A stretch of DNA of 54,701 bases, counting the filler, from Mitosporidium daphniae (Eukaryota): assembly GCF_000760515.2 (NCBI RefSeq). It is 2 parts of 2 records of this genome, joined end to end, with 100 filler letters (N's around TTAATTAATTAA, not from the genome) between each part and the next. Parts side by side here need not be neighbours in the genome. Positions count along the whole stretch, not along the records: positions 1 to 27,387 come from NW_013546161.1; 1 more part is not named here. One strand, written 5' to 3'. The position numbers and the translations under genes are program-made. The notes under the pieces are model-generated. The model had not been told where the DNA came from. It searched no databases and saw only the letters and a program-made list of their open reading frames with translations. This document shows positions 10,992 through 22,396 of the stretch, piece by piece (within the stretch, counting starts at the first letter, position 1; every line of letters begins with the position of its first letter).

Positions 10992-11744
10992 ATGAAGCCT
11001 AGCGTCCCAAAGCCTGCGGGACTGTCCTCAATCATACCTATGGGCTTTACTTCTGGTTCGATGTCGAGATTTTGCTTATCTTCAGACTCGCCGCAAAAGC
11101 TGCCGTCACCACAGAAAATGCCAGCAAACAACCATTGGAATACGGCATTAATGGCGTATGTCCTTGATGAAGAGGGCCATCGTGAAGAAATCATCAAGTC
11201 CACGCCGCTTGCGCTTATCATCATGGACAAGTACCCAAAGGTAACAGCATCTCTTATTGCATAGTCATCCATTCATTGGTTGGTGCTTCCAAAAGCATCC
11301 GAAATCGATTCTATCCGGGATTTACGGCGCGAACACATCCCACTGCTGCAACACATGCAAGAGCTTGCAAGGTCGGAGCTTAAAGAGCGGCATCCAAACT
11401 TAGATATGGACTCTGTGCTCTACGGATTCCATTCAATACCATCGATGAGGTAGATACGGCAAAGAGCGATAATCCCTAGGCTCCTACACATGCACGCTCT
11501 TAGTAACGATTTTATCTCTGATTGTCTAAAGAAAAGGGAACACTGGAATTCGTTCAACACAAGCTTTTTCCTTTCTGTGGAAACGATTTTGGCAAAACTG
11601 GGCACCACTGGAATGCTGGGCGATATTGATGAGGCCAAAATGTATTCCCTGCTAAAACTGCCGCTAAAATGCAGTTTCTGTTCGCTGAATTTTACATCGA
11701 TGCCGTCGTTTAAGGCTCATATTTATGAACACAGAGCAAAATAG
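10992..11744 (+). CDS. APTX: Aprataxin (HIT domain + C2H2 zinc finger)
   Basis: DKYPK..IHWLVLP, GFHSIPSM..LHMH.LS.DF, K.EHWNSFNT.FF and terminal CxxC..H...H; two short introns. Confidence 0.92.
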
Positions 11745-11866
11745 GCTGAAAAATAAATTTCACACCGCTAGCTACATAGCAAGCAGGGCAGCATTTTCAA
11801 ATCCAGAATTTGGAAGGTTCGCCGCCCCGGCAAAGAAACCGTTAACGTTTAATGATAATAACGCAT

Positions 11867-13072
11867 CTAAGAACGAGTCAGGTCTGCCAACTCTGGCGTG
11901 GTCTCCACGTCTGCATGTGGGGATGGCATAGGTTGGCTGGCCTCTCGGCATGCGTTTTCCTCCCTTAAATACCTTGGTTTTCTCAATGTAAAGCTTTTAA
12001 AAAAGGCCCTTGGGATGCAGATTTTCGGAAAGGGGCGCGGTTGGGAAGGATCATAAGGCTGTTTTGGCTGCATCATCTTTGGCGCATCTGTGTTCCAAAT
12101 CCGTTTTGCCTCAGACAGGCGCTCTGTGTCTGAGGCCTCCCTCAAGTCGCCATTGATGTCTCGTACAAGCATTAGCCGATCCTATTGAAAAGTGAAATCG
12201 GATTTTCATACCCTTGGATTTTGACAATGCCCAATATCTACGATCAAGAATGGCACCCTGGACCGCTCGCAGGGGTCATTCCTAATCAATTTCTGGGACT
12301 GTGGCACGTCTTTGTCGGGTTTCACCAGTGGACGTGTGGAGAGATAGTCGCGTGCGACAACAACGTCATACTCCAAAATGGCGCCTGCTTGTTCCGGAGT
12401 CAGCTCCTTTGACTCGTGGATTTTGACAAACGTGGGCTTTAGCCATTGATTTGGTTTCTTTAATATAGAATCGATGCGATAGGAAAAGATTTCTCCCTCC
12501 TTGATGTCTATTTGACTGCCTGACGAAGAAAGTCTCTGAGAAAACGGAAGATAGTCATTAACATTGACCCCAACGGCCATCTCCATGCGGGCGACATATT
12601 CCTTGTCGATTTCAAAATTTCTTGCCACCATTTCGTCCTGCAGCATCTTCATCCGCAAAATCGCCTCTATTCGCTCAATGGATAGGCAAAAGGCCCGAGA
12701 AAGACGGCGAACGGTCCAATATAGCGGACTTTCTTTATACGTTCCAAATATCAGATTCTTCATGTTATCCGAGATAGGAACGGTATTTTTAAACTCCTGA
12801 TTGTATGGGAATGGCTATGGATTAGGGTAAAGGTAAGGGCATCTTGAACATACCGATGTTGGACCAAAGAATATGGGGCCTACGGGATTCTCCTTTGCGT
12901 ATTTGTGCACGATGGGAATCCACGCCTTTAAGTTTGAAAAGAGCTCTTTTCTTTTTATGGAATTTGGATGTTCCGTAAGGCGTAGGCCATTTTGCACACG
13001 AGGAACATCCGATGGATATCGAGCCCTGCTGGAGTAGCCAGCACGGGCAGCCTTGACACAATTGCCAGCCAT
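11867..13072 (-). CDS. Mitochondrial small-subunit ribosomal protein mS45 (Mrps35/Bot1 family)
   Basis: Presequence-like N-terminus; PFPYN.EF....P.S, VR.LS..F.L...RIEAILR and VRD.NG.LREA...ER motifs. Confidence 0.7.
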
Positions 13073-13127
13073 TGAGAAAGGTATTTTTAAAGCAAATAAA
13101 ATAATAAAATAAATAAGTTGTTGATAT

Positions 13128-15126
13128 TTATTTCAAAAGAGCTTCTTTTGGAAACTTTCTTTTGCCCTATTAATAGTCAATTGGGGATGCCAAACACTTA
13201 CTTTTAAAATACGTACAGCCTCCTGGGCATCCAACACACGCCAGCCATTTTGCTCCAGGCATTGCAGCGCAAAGGGGATGGTGAGCTTGACGGTTTTCGA
13301 AAACTCGGTTACAATTGCCTTTTTCATGGGGGTCAAGTGGCTCAATTCACACGGCTCCATTGCCTGATCTGTCGATGGCATGGCCGGCGAAACGGAGTCA
13401 ACGTATCTTGTCAAATACCAATCGTCAAATAGGATGGAAAAGTTGAATGGCGATCCCGTCATGGTGTGACCAGGTATGATTATGAGGTTCCTGACAAAGG
13501 TTCTTGGAATCAACTCGGTACCTTGGCAGTTATGAAAGCATACACGAACCTTCACAGAAAAGACCGGAAAAAAAAACTTGAATCACAGGAATCTCGCCGC
13601 CCTCCGGAATAAACAGAGGTCGCCCATTGAAGGCAATTACCGATAGAGATTCCATGAGATGTTTTATAGGTGAGAGCTGGGAAAGAAATTCGGAAATGTT
13701 TGAAGGCGATTTCTGAAAAGTCACCGGGTCTGGCTTTCCAGCCTCTCCGTGACCAAGAAGAAACAGATCTTTCTTTTGGGACGATGTTAACAATGACTTT
13801 TGGATGTGCGCCCAAATTGCCCCGACAGTGGCAAGATCTGGAGGTGGCCTACAAATACCTGAAATCGCGCTTTCCGAAAAAAGCATCGGATAAAAGGATA
13901 TTCTTGCCTCAGAATGGTTCGAATATAACGATTTTAGAGACGTTCTATCATGTGAGTCGAGCCCTGTGATAAGGGCTTGCAGGAAGGGGGAAAGAATTTC
14001 CTGCAAGCCTACATCGAAAGAAGAGGGGAGCGGCATTTTCATATTAACAGATTGTCTAATCACGTCCAGCGAAACACCATCTAAAATTGATAGTTTGGGA
14101 AACTTCAATGCGAAAGAGAAGAAGATCAGGACAATTGGGGTTGGTGGGAAAATCACATCCACCGAAGATGCCTTGATTGCTGGATTTCCGGACACCAAAA
14201 GCTCGGCAAGCTTACACTCCGAATTGGAGTATAAAAGGGACACGAACTCCCTAACTTCGTCGATCGAGCTAAGCTCGTTGTCGGAGAGGCTCAACGATTG
14301 GATTTTCGCAAACAACGACACAAAATTGGCCGGGTTATTGGGTCCTTTGGAGATATTTCTGTTGGCCCTTTTGGATTTGCCATACTCGTCTTTTTTTATA
14401 AGGTTGCTTATCGGGGATAGGCTTTTCAAAGCATTGCTTGCCAAATTTATGGACGTCACATTTGGAAGATGTTCATATATTGAAGAAAAAATCAAGGACG
14501 TCCAATAGTCGACGGCAAAGGAAATTTTGGCAGCCATTGGGCGTTTTGCAGGCGGCAGTTGCGAGACAACTGTGGCCAACTCTTTATCATTACAAATTCC
14601 AGAGAGGTTCAGATAACCTGCACCCTGATCGTATCTGGCGAGCAGCCAGCACTTTACAATGTTATTAAGCTCAAATTTAAAAGGCATTGGTGGCGTCTGC
14701 AAAGAGGCAGTGCAAAAAGCGCCCTGTTGTGCGTCAAAAGACGGCGTCGCCATGTCCATTTGAATGTCTGTAATTAAAGTAATCGATAGCTAGGGTTAAC
14801 GATACAAGTTCCCACCTTTTGCCGGTAAAAGATGATTCCAGATAGCTCAACCACGGCAAGTGCCATTGATTTTGTGGCAAAAAGCAATTTACACTTCCCA
14901 CACTCGGGGCTCCACGATTCGACATTTGAAATTTTTACAGGTCTAGGTGCATGTTTTTGCAGGAAGCGGATCAGCGTATCGACAGATCCCACCTCGGACG
15001 ATATATTTGCAATCTAGGAAGAATTGTGGATAGATATTGGCAGCCTACCTCCACCATTGTCGGCTTGGGTGGTTGGAATGAACGCTCCCTGTCTCCCTCA
15101 TACTGGGCTCTATGGGGACGGGACAT
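13128..15126 (-). CDS. MEX67: mRNA export receptor Mex67/NXF1 (RRM-LRR-NTF2-like-UBA)
   Basis: RYD.....LNLS, LRRs (INLASNAL, LSLSDNEL, L.GNP), FPKL..LDG, R.FVR...I.P and TAP-C (F.....L...FA.QCLEQNGW). Confidence 0.85.
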
Positions 15127-15219
15127 TACTGGCAAATAAATTGTAAATTTTTGAAATTTTTGAAATTTCAAAAATTTACTCGCCAATTAAGTTTAAAATT
15201 TTGTACAAACTATAAATAA

Positions 15220-16593
15220 ATGGAAGAGAAGTCATGTTGGATTTGCTTTCTTTCCTCCTCCGAGGACCCTGCCAGCTGTTCAGATGCTAAATGGGTGCAC
15301 CCGTGCAAGTGTAGTGGATCTACGCAATGGGTGCACGAGGATTGCCTTTTAAGGTGGCTTAAATCCAGCTCCCGCTCAGGAAATAATCTGTTTAGATATG
15401 GCAACAGGCGCTCATCTGATTCCGTCTCGATCACCCCATCGTCCACAACGGCTTCCTCAAGCGGGCAGCGCTCTTTTTTCTATAGGCTGCTCGAGGACGT
15501 CAAGATGGCGCTGTCGAGAATCTGGCCTGGCTCTCTTGGCCGGGTTGTAACGATCTCATCCAAGCTGGCGTGTCCGCAGTGCAAAACGCCATATCTTATC
15601 ATTCAGAACGAAAATAGCTGGGTGCTAACTTTTCTGGAAAAGATAAACTATTTTGGCTCCAAAACGCTGACCATGTTTGTGTATTGTTCTCTTGCCGTTG
15701 GCGGGTTTTCGATCCTTTGGGTTCACGGGACATTTTCGCTGCTGTTTATGTATGGCATTGAGGATTACACACGGATGTTTTCCGAAATCATACTAAATGA
15801 AGAGTCCTTGTCAGAGGAGAATGTCATCAGCACACTTTCTGCGCTTGTCAACTACATCACGTTTACCCTGGTCGCGGTTCCTATGATCCCGCTGTTTCTG
15901 ATTGTCTCTGTGCTTCCTATTTCTTCCGTCAGACACGCCATCTCTGTGATTTTGATGGGAAAGCTCTACATGTTTACTAATGTCGATGGGAGTTCCACGG
16001 ATGATTACCAGCTCCAACCACTGTCGTGGCTCATTCCTGCCGTTTATGTGACATACTCCGTTGCGAGAGACTTTCTTTTCAAAAAGTTGGGCATTTCAAA
16101 GAAAATTGCCGAGCGGCAACTTGCGGCCACATCTGATGCCATACACGATGCAGGGGAGGATGAAGGCTCGATCGTTGCCGCTGTTATTTTGGAGTCAGAC
16201 GACGATAGCTCTTCTGATGGCGAGCTGGAGCAGGAACAACACCGTCTTCAAACAGACCCCTCGCTCGTGGAAGAACCAACACAACAGGGCCCCATTCCGG
16301 ACTCTCCTGTTCAAACTACAGTCAGAACGATTGCTACAATACGAGCCAGCATTACTCCGATCATTTCCTCGCTGTTTATGCCGTTTCTCGTTCCTTTTAT
16401 CAGGGTATTCTTTGCATCGATGGGTGGACGTTTTTTTCCCGTCTCGTCGCTTCCAATTATCTATAAAAACCTAATTGCAGCGTCGGCTTTAATTGTTGTG
16501 AAGGACTTTTTCCAAATAACCTACCACATTGAACGAGATCGCTTGGAAAAGTCAAGATCAGTTCTAAATTATAACCTTTCTGAAAATATTTGA
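15220..16593 (+). CDS. RING-CH membrane E3 ubiquitin ligase, MARCH5-like
   Basis: CWICF...WVHPCKCSGSTQWVHEDCL.RW...CPQCKTPY, several TM segments and C-terminal RSVLNY. Confidence 0.82.
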   Translation: MEEKSCWICFLSSSEDPASCSDAKWVHPCKCSGSTQWVHEDCLLRWLKSSSRSGNNLFRYGNRRSSDSVSITPSSTTASSSGQRSFFYRLLEDVKMALSRIWPGSLGRVVTISSKLACPQCKTPYLIIQNENSWVLTFLEKINYFGSKTLTMFVYCSLAVGGFSILWVHGTFSLLFMYGIEDYTRMFSEIILNEESLSEENVISTLSALVNYITFTLVAVPMIPLFLIVSVLPISSVRHAISVILMGKLYMFTNVDGSSTDDYQLQPLSWLIPAVYVTYSVARDFLFKKLGISKKIAERQLAATSDAIHDAGEDEGSIVAAVILESDDDSSSDGELEQEQHRLQTDPSLVEEPTQQGPIPDSPVQTTVRTIATIRASITPIISSLFMPFLVPFIRVFFASMGGRFFPVSSLPIIYKNLIAASALIVVKDFFQITYHIERDRLEKSRSVLNYNLSENI

Positions 16594-16605
16594 TCGGCAG
16601 CCTTT

Positions 16606-16878
16606 TCAGCAATAAATACATTTGCGAGGTTGACAAAATAAATAGCTTACGCCAGCCAATAGTGGTGGTGCTTCCCGAATGTATCGACCAAAAGCAGCAA
16701 AATGTACAATGTCGGCACACCACTGGATGGCCGCTACACCCCATGCAGAGAGACTATTAAGTTGGGTAATTTGGCGGTCCGGTTTTAACCGCATCGTATG
16801 ATAAAGTGATCCCGGCAAACGCATGCAAAGTTGACGCACAACCGCTTTTTGGAAAATCGGCACACCAAAGATTGCCAT
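16606..16878 (-). CDS. Small hypothetical protein, weakly resembling complex III subunit Qcr10/UQCR11
   Basis: ORF of about 90 codons with a basic presequence-like start and SLSAWGVAAIQW; divergent from the GLDC gene; 3' exon structure uncertain. Confidence 0.35.
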   Translation of the reverse strand: MAIFGVPIFQKAVVRQLCMRLPGSLYHTMRLKPDRQITQLNSLSAWGVAAIQWCADIVHFAAFGRYIREAPPLLAGVSYLFCQPRKCIYC

Positions 16879-16987
16879 CAATCACGTCGTTTCCGATTTA
16901 AATCGATCAGCACAACGTTGCTTAATTTCCAAATTGGGCATTTAAGGTTTCCACTCTTTATGGGACACATTCGGCATACAGTCTTTG

Positions 16988-19945
16988 ATGGCTTTGATGA
17001 GTGGAGTGTTTGCAACAAGGGCCGTTATTAGAAACATGTCCAGCACCAAAGTATATCGGTCCTTTACGGATCTGCTTGGACTAAATAAGCTTTTCTTGTC
17101 AGACATCGGTCCAAATTCGTTCGTCCAAAAAGCATTGGGAAATTGCAAAGAACAACAAATTCTGCAAAGTTTGGGCTGCAACTCACTGGAAGAGCTAACA
17201 AAGAAATCGTTGCCCCTTCTTTCCAAATATGATATGATCAATGATGTTGACCTTCAGGCCTCGCTGTCAAAGTTGGCTCTTGATAGCGGAAGTTCGGAGC
17301 ATTTTTTGTTGTCCAAGGTAATTCCGAGAATCTTGGAGCTGAACAGAGACCCGGAAAGCTATAGCCTATTTCTTGGACAGGGCTATTATGGGACTGTTCT
17401 TCCACAGGTGATCAAGCGAAACCTGGTTGAAAACCCACAGTGGTATACATCCTATACTCCTTATCAGGCGGAAATCAGTCAAGGCCGTTTGCAAGCCCTG
17501 TTTCTATACCAGCATCTAATTACCGAGTTGACGGGCATGGATATTGCAAATGCAAGCTTGTTGGATGAGCCCAGTGCCGCGGTAGAGGCGATTTCGGTTT
17601 CACTGGCACTTGGGCGTCGGAGGAAAATCTGGGCGTGTAAAAATATTTTTGCACAAACCAAGCGCGTGTTAATTGGCAAGGCATCGATTTTTGACGCCGA
17701 AATTGTTTTTGGCAGTGTTGATTGTGCGGGAAATCTGTTTCCGCCATTGGATGATTCCTACTCCTGTGTGTTTCTGTAATCGCCAAATATCTTTGGATCC
17801 CTTCAATGCCACATGAGTGTCATTGCTGAAGCGTGCCACCGTTTCGGGGTAGTTTTGATTTTTGCTGTTGACCTGTTGTCGCTTACCCTTTCAATGCCCC
17901 CACATATGGCAGACATTGTGGTTGGATCTTCGCAGCGCTTAGGAATGCCGCTAGGATATGGCGGCCCCGGCGCTGCGTTTATCGCTTGCAAGATGAAGTA
18001 TGCCCGGAAATTGCCGGGAAGAATCGTGGGAGAATCGATCGATTCGCAGGGAAGAAAGGCATACCGGCTATCTCTCCAGACGCGAGAACAGCATATTAGG
18101 AAAGAGAAGGCAACTTCCAACATTTGCACAGCCCAAGTTTTACCGGCCCTGGTGGCTACCTTTTACTCCATATATCATGGACCCGAGGGCCTGGTCGCTA
18201 TTGCATGTCGAATACGGTTTTTCGCTCACAAGTTATGGCAGACGCTTTCTTCGTTCGGATATTCCTTTTTTGACGAGGATTTTTTTGACACCTTGGCACT
18301 CAAAATATCAAATGCATCTTCAGTGGTCTCTCAGGCACTTGATATGAATATTGCACTATGTTGCGTCGGTGATGATGGCGATACCGTTTTAATATCCGTG
18401 TCGGAGGTCACTACTATCCAGCACCTTTTAGACTTGTGTGTATTTTTTGCATCGCTTTCAAACAGGGAGCTCGATGTAGAGCAATTGGCAGAGCAATTTC
18501 AGGCGTATCGAGCCATCGATCCCTCGTCTTTACAGAAGAGACCAAAGTTTTTGCAGTCACAAGAGTTTTTGTGTTTCCATTCAGAACAGGCATTCACTAG
18601 GTTTCTATTTTCTCTCGCAAAAAAGGATATCTCGCTTGTTGACAATATGATTCCGCTCGGATCGTGTACTATGAAGCTGAACCCATGTTCGGCCCTTGCG
18701 CCGTTTACTAATCCGCTCTGGAACAACATACATCCACTTGTACCTTTAGAGTGGGCAGGAGCATAAGCCTACATCATACAGGATCTCAAGTCGATTCTGC
18801 TATTTCTGACCGGCTTTGCTGACATCACTTTTCAGCCGGCATCTGGTGCCCAAGCAGAATTTACGGCTCTTTCGATGATCAAAAAATACCACGGCAGCCG
18901 CAGAAAGACGTTGTGTCTGATACCGGAATCGGCACATGGAACCAACTTTGCCAGTGCCTCGTTGGCTGGGTTTGAGATTCGGAAAATTAAATGTCAATCG
19001 GCGACGGGGTCCATCGATATGGACTCGTTGGTAGAGTGCATTTCAAAAGCCGAATTTGAGGATCCAGTCCATGGTCTTGCTAGCAATATTGCATGTATGA
19101 TGATCACGGTGCCCTCGACATATGGAATTGAGGAGCCCAATTTGAAGCTTATTTGCCAGAAAATCCATGCTGCTGGCGGGATTATGTATTTGGATGGTGC
19201 CAACCTTAATGCTTTCTTGGGCATTGCGCGCCCAGCAGACCTCGATATTGACATGATGCACATCAATATGCACAAGACTCTCTCCATTCCTCATGGAGGA
19301 GGCGGGCCTGGAATGGGGCCATTGCTTGTAAACGAGAAGATCAGGGATTTCCTACCCACGCACCCTTTTCCCTCCTTTGAAGGTGGGAACTGTTCTTCAC
19401 TCGGTATTGAGGCCATTTCGGGAGCACCCTATTCGTCTACCTCTCTGCTGATAATCCCATGGATCTACTTGAGGTTATTGGGGTACTATGGGACCAGAAA
19501 GTCATCCCAGCATGCCTTGGCAAACGCCAACCACTTGGCAAAGGAATTAGAAAAGAGGGGTTTTAGTGTGCTTTTCAAAAATCCTTTCGGATACGTGGCC
19601 CACGAGTTTGTGGCAAGGCCAACGGCATTGTCGACCTTTCCCGTCACACCAACGGACATTGCCAAACGATTGCAAGATTACGGATATCACGCTCCCACTG
19701 TGTCGTGTCCAATTTCAGATGCCTTGCTTATTGAGCCGACGGAAAGTGAAAGCATTACAGCTATCAACGAGTTTGCTACCGCCATGGGGAGCATTGCAGC
19801 CGAAATCGAGGAGGGACGAATCGAGTTACTCAAGGAATCTCCGCATTCGACATTGTCTGCAATTTCTTTCCATGCCACACCGGTGGGCCGGGTCAACGAG
19901 GAGTATGGAGACACCCGCCTCAACTGGGCATGCTGCTGCAAGTAG
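16988..19945 (+). pseudogene. GCV2: Glycine decarboxylase P-protein interrupted by two in-frame TAA codons
   Basis: YTPYQAEISQGRL, ANASLLDE, LQTREQHIR.EKATSNICTAQ, MIPLGSCTMKLN, SAHGTN.ASA and HKT..IPHGGGGPG all lie in one frame; TAA at 17777-17779 and 18764-18766. Confidence 0.8.
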
Positions 19946-19987
19946 TTAAATAAAAGTTTTATTTTCACAGAGTATTTTTGTCTTTAA

Positions 19988-20358
19988 ATGCTGGTCAAAA
20001 TCAAGGTTTGTCGCTCGTTTTACTTAATCCGTAGACGCTCTCGGGAAAGGAGGTAATGTCTGCATCATGCTAATTTTAGATTGAAATCGACATCGAGCCT
20101 TATGATAAGGTATGGAATTGCACCTTCCTCAACATAAGATTCTCAAATTGAAGGAAAAAATTGAGGAAAAGGAAAGAATCCCACCTCAGCAGCAAAGGTA
20201 TGATGTGTCGTCTTTTACCACACAGGTTGATATATGGAGGCAAACAGATGTATATCCCTTCAACGCTTTATCGTAGGAATGATGATAAGATTGCCTCAGA
20301 TTACCATATTGAGGGGGGCTCCGTATTGCATCTGGTTTTGGCTTTGAGAGGCGGCTAA
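19988..20358 (+). CDS. NEDD8: NEDD8/Rub1 ubiquitin-like protein, 6 exons
   Basis: Spliced product [76 protein letters not shown]; five GT-AG introns of 27-29 nt. Confidence 0.95.
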
Positions 20359-20385
20359 ATTGTAATTAAATTTTAAACAAATCCA

Positions 20386-22318
20386 ATGGTCGCCTCTTCT
20401 TTGGCTGCGAGTCCCGCTTCTGCTTGGCGGAAGGAGGCCATGAAAAGGTGCATTGGGATCGAATCCGATGCAGTCCTGCAGCGGTGCATATCCTATGCGG
20501 AGTCTCGGCATATGGGCATCGACACGTTTTGCAATAAGTTTGAAGCCTGGGCGTTGTCCCATTTGCACATAGAGTCTTCCATGATGCTCAATTCAAAGTC
20601 CGTTGATGACTTTTTATCTTTTGAGACGAACCAGCTTAAAGAAAACGTTGCGTCCAACACGTTGGGTGCTCCAAATCTTTTGAGCGCGTCCTCAAAAATC
20701 GCGTCTCCTCTTTCTGTAAGGAGCAAAGGCATGGTTGTAAATTATCCGGTCAATGAAATCAAAAGGACTTCCAGCTTGACCGACGTGCTTGTTTGGCCTG
20801 CCAATAGCGACCTTAACAAGATCCATGCGAACATTAATGAAAACATGGAGGCGCCCGAAATCTCCTTGTTGTTTGACACGGACCTGCCCGGGCGATACAT
20901 GAGAATCGTCTGGCCTCGAGTGGTGAAATGTAGGACGGCCCTGCCATTTAACCATGTATTCTAGGGATAAACAGAAGAATTGAAGAGTTTTCAAACTATT
21001 TCACGCTGGCCGAAGGGCATGAGTGGAGCCATCCCGGAATTCCGAGCCATGAGCCGGTTTTTTGCTATGGAAGGCTTGTCTCGGACTCTGATTCTTCGAA
21101 ATGGAACGAAAAGTCCATTCAATTGGAGTGTTCCAGAGAACTAGGTTCCGGGTGCAGGGTCCATTTAGATTTGATGGATCTCCCTGGGTTTTCCTTCATC
21201 CCGGGAGAGGTGAGTCACCAATGCTTTTAATTCGAGGTCGTTGGCTTTAAGGGCATTTCCCTGATTGACGGGTTTTATCCCACCGAGTTGCTGCCTTTAA
21301 AGCCTTTGGACAAGCCCGTGTCTACTGTGGGCGATCATTCAGACATGCACTTCAAGGCTTCAAATATCTTTTGTGCTGCTGGTCCGTTTGCCTTGGTGAA
21401 AAAATCTGACGATGGGTCCTACACCTTGGACTATGCCCCATTGGAGACCTTGTTTGGGCATATCCGAAATTCAAAGCATGCGTCGTCCTTGGTGCTGCTA
21501 TTGCTTGGGCCATTTGTCGACTCGGACAGTGTCATTTCAATGGCCCGGAATGTGATTTCATCGCCGTTCCATTCGTTCGAACAGCTGTTTAAAGAAGAGA
21601 TTTCAATCCGAATTGGGGGCCTGCTGTCATCCAAAAAAAAGATCAAAGTGATCCTTATTCCGAGCCAAAATGATGTCATTCACGACTATGTGTTTCCCCA
21701 GGCCGCCCTTTCCAGAGATGTGCTCGCCATCCCAAATGTACTGCTTCACAATTTACCGTTAGGATGTAATTGTGCTTCCAAACCCGTGTTTTTTTTATAT
21801 CAACGAGTTGGTTGTTGCTACAACCAGTGCGGATATCCTATTTGACATGAGCTGTAATGAAATTTCAAGGTCACAACTTGTTTAAGTTGGTTTAATTTCT
21901 TAGGGGTCAAGCAGATGTCGATCGCATGACGAGACTGGTAAGGCATCTTATCCAGCAGCGGAGGTACAATGGTGGCCGATTTTATTGTAGTTTTTATCCG
22001 TTATACCCGCCCTCGGTTAATGTTAACTTAGACGTGTGTAGCTCAGGGTATGGCAAGGAGGCCATGCAATCTACACTTCTGTCTTGGAACATAGCTCCAG
22101 ATCTCCTAATAATACCTTCCGCGCTTAGACATTTTGTAAAAACAGTTGATGATGTTCTTTGTATCAATCCGGGAACGCTTGTTTCAAAAGGCGGGCATAG
22201 TACGGGCTCATTTTGCGAAATTTTCGTACAGAAGCTAGGCTTTCCGCTTGTCGACTCCGACATGATCCCACATTTTGCAGATAAGAGAAGCGTCGTGGTT
22301 ATTAAATCGTTAAACTAG
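20386..22318 (+). CDS. POL12: DNA polymerase alpha subunit B
   Basis: AAGPF, L.LLGPFVD, VILIPS..D..H..VFPQ, HLIQQRSFYPLYPP, PDLLIIPS.L.HF.K and CINPG motifs. Confidence 0.9.
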
Positions 22319-22396
22319 TAAATCCCGATTGGTGGTTGTATCTCATCGGAGATGATGATTGCTTTGTCGCTGGGGACGTCTAGGCCAAGTGCATCA

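Noticed and set aside
11262..11264. Premature stops in APTX, FAD1, POL12, kinesin and other fragmented ORFs
   Set aside because: These stops fall inside short GT-AG introns whose removal restores conserved motifs
16988..19945. Genome-wide TAA reassignment or A-to-I stop editing
   Set aside because: TAA terminates many neighbouring genes (PYK, NEDD8, kinesin, U2AF1). The two stops need different residues (Gln, Tyr), whereas A-to-I editing would give Trp
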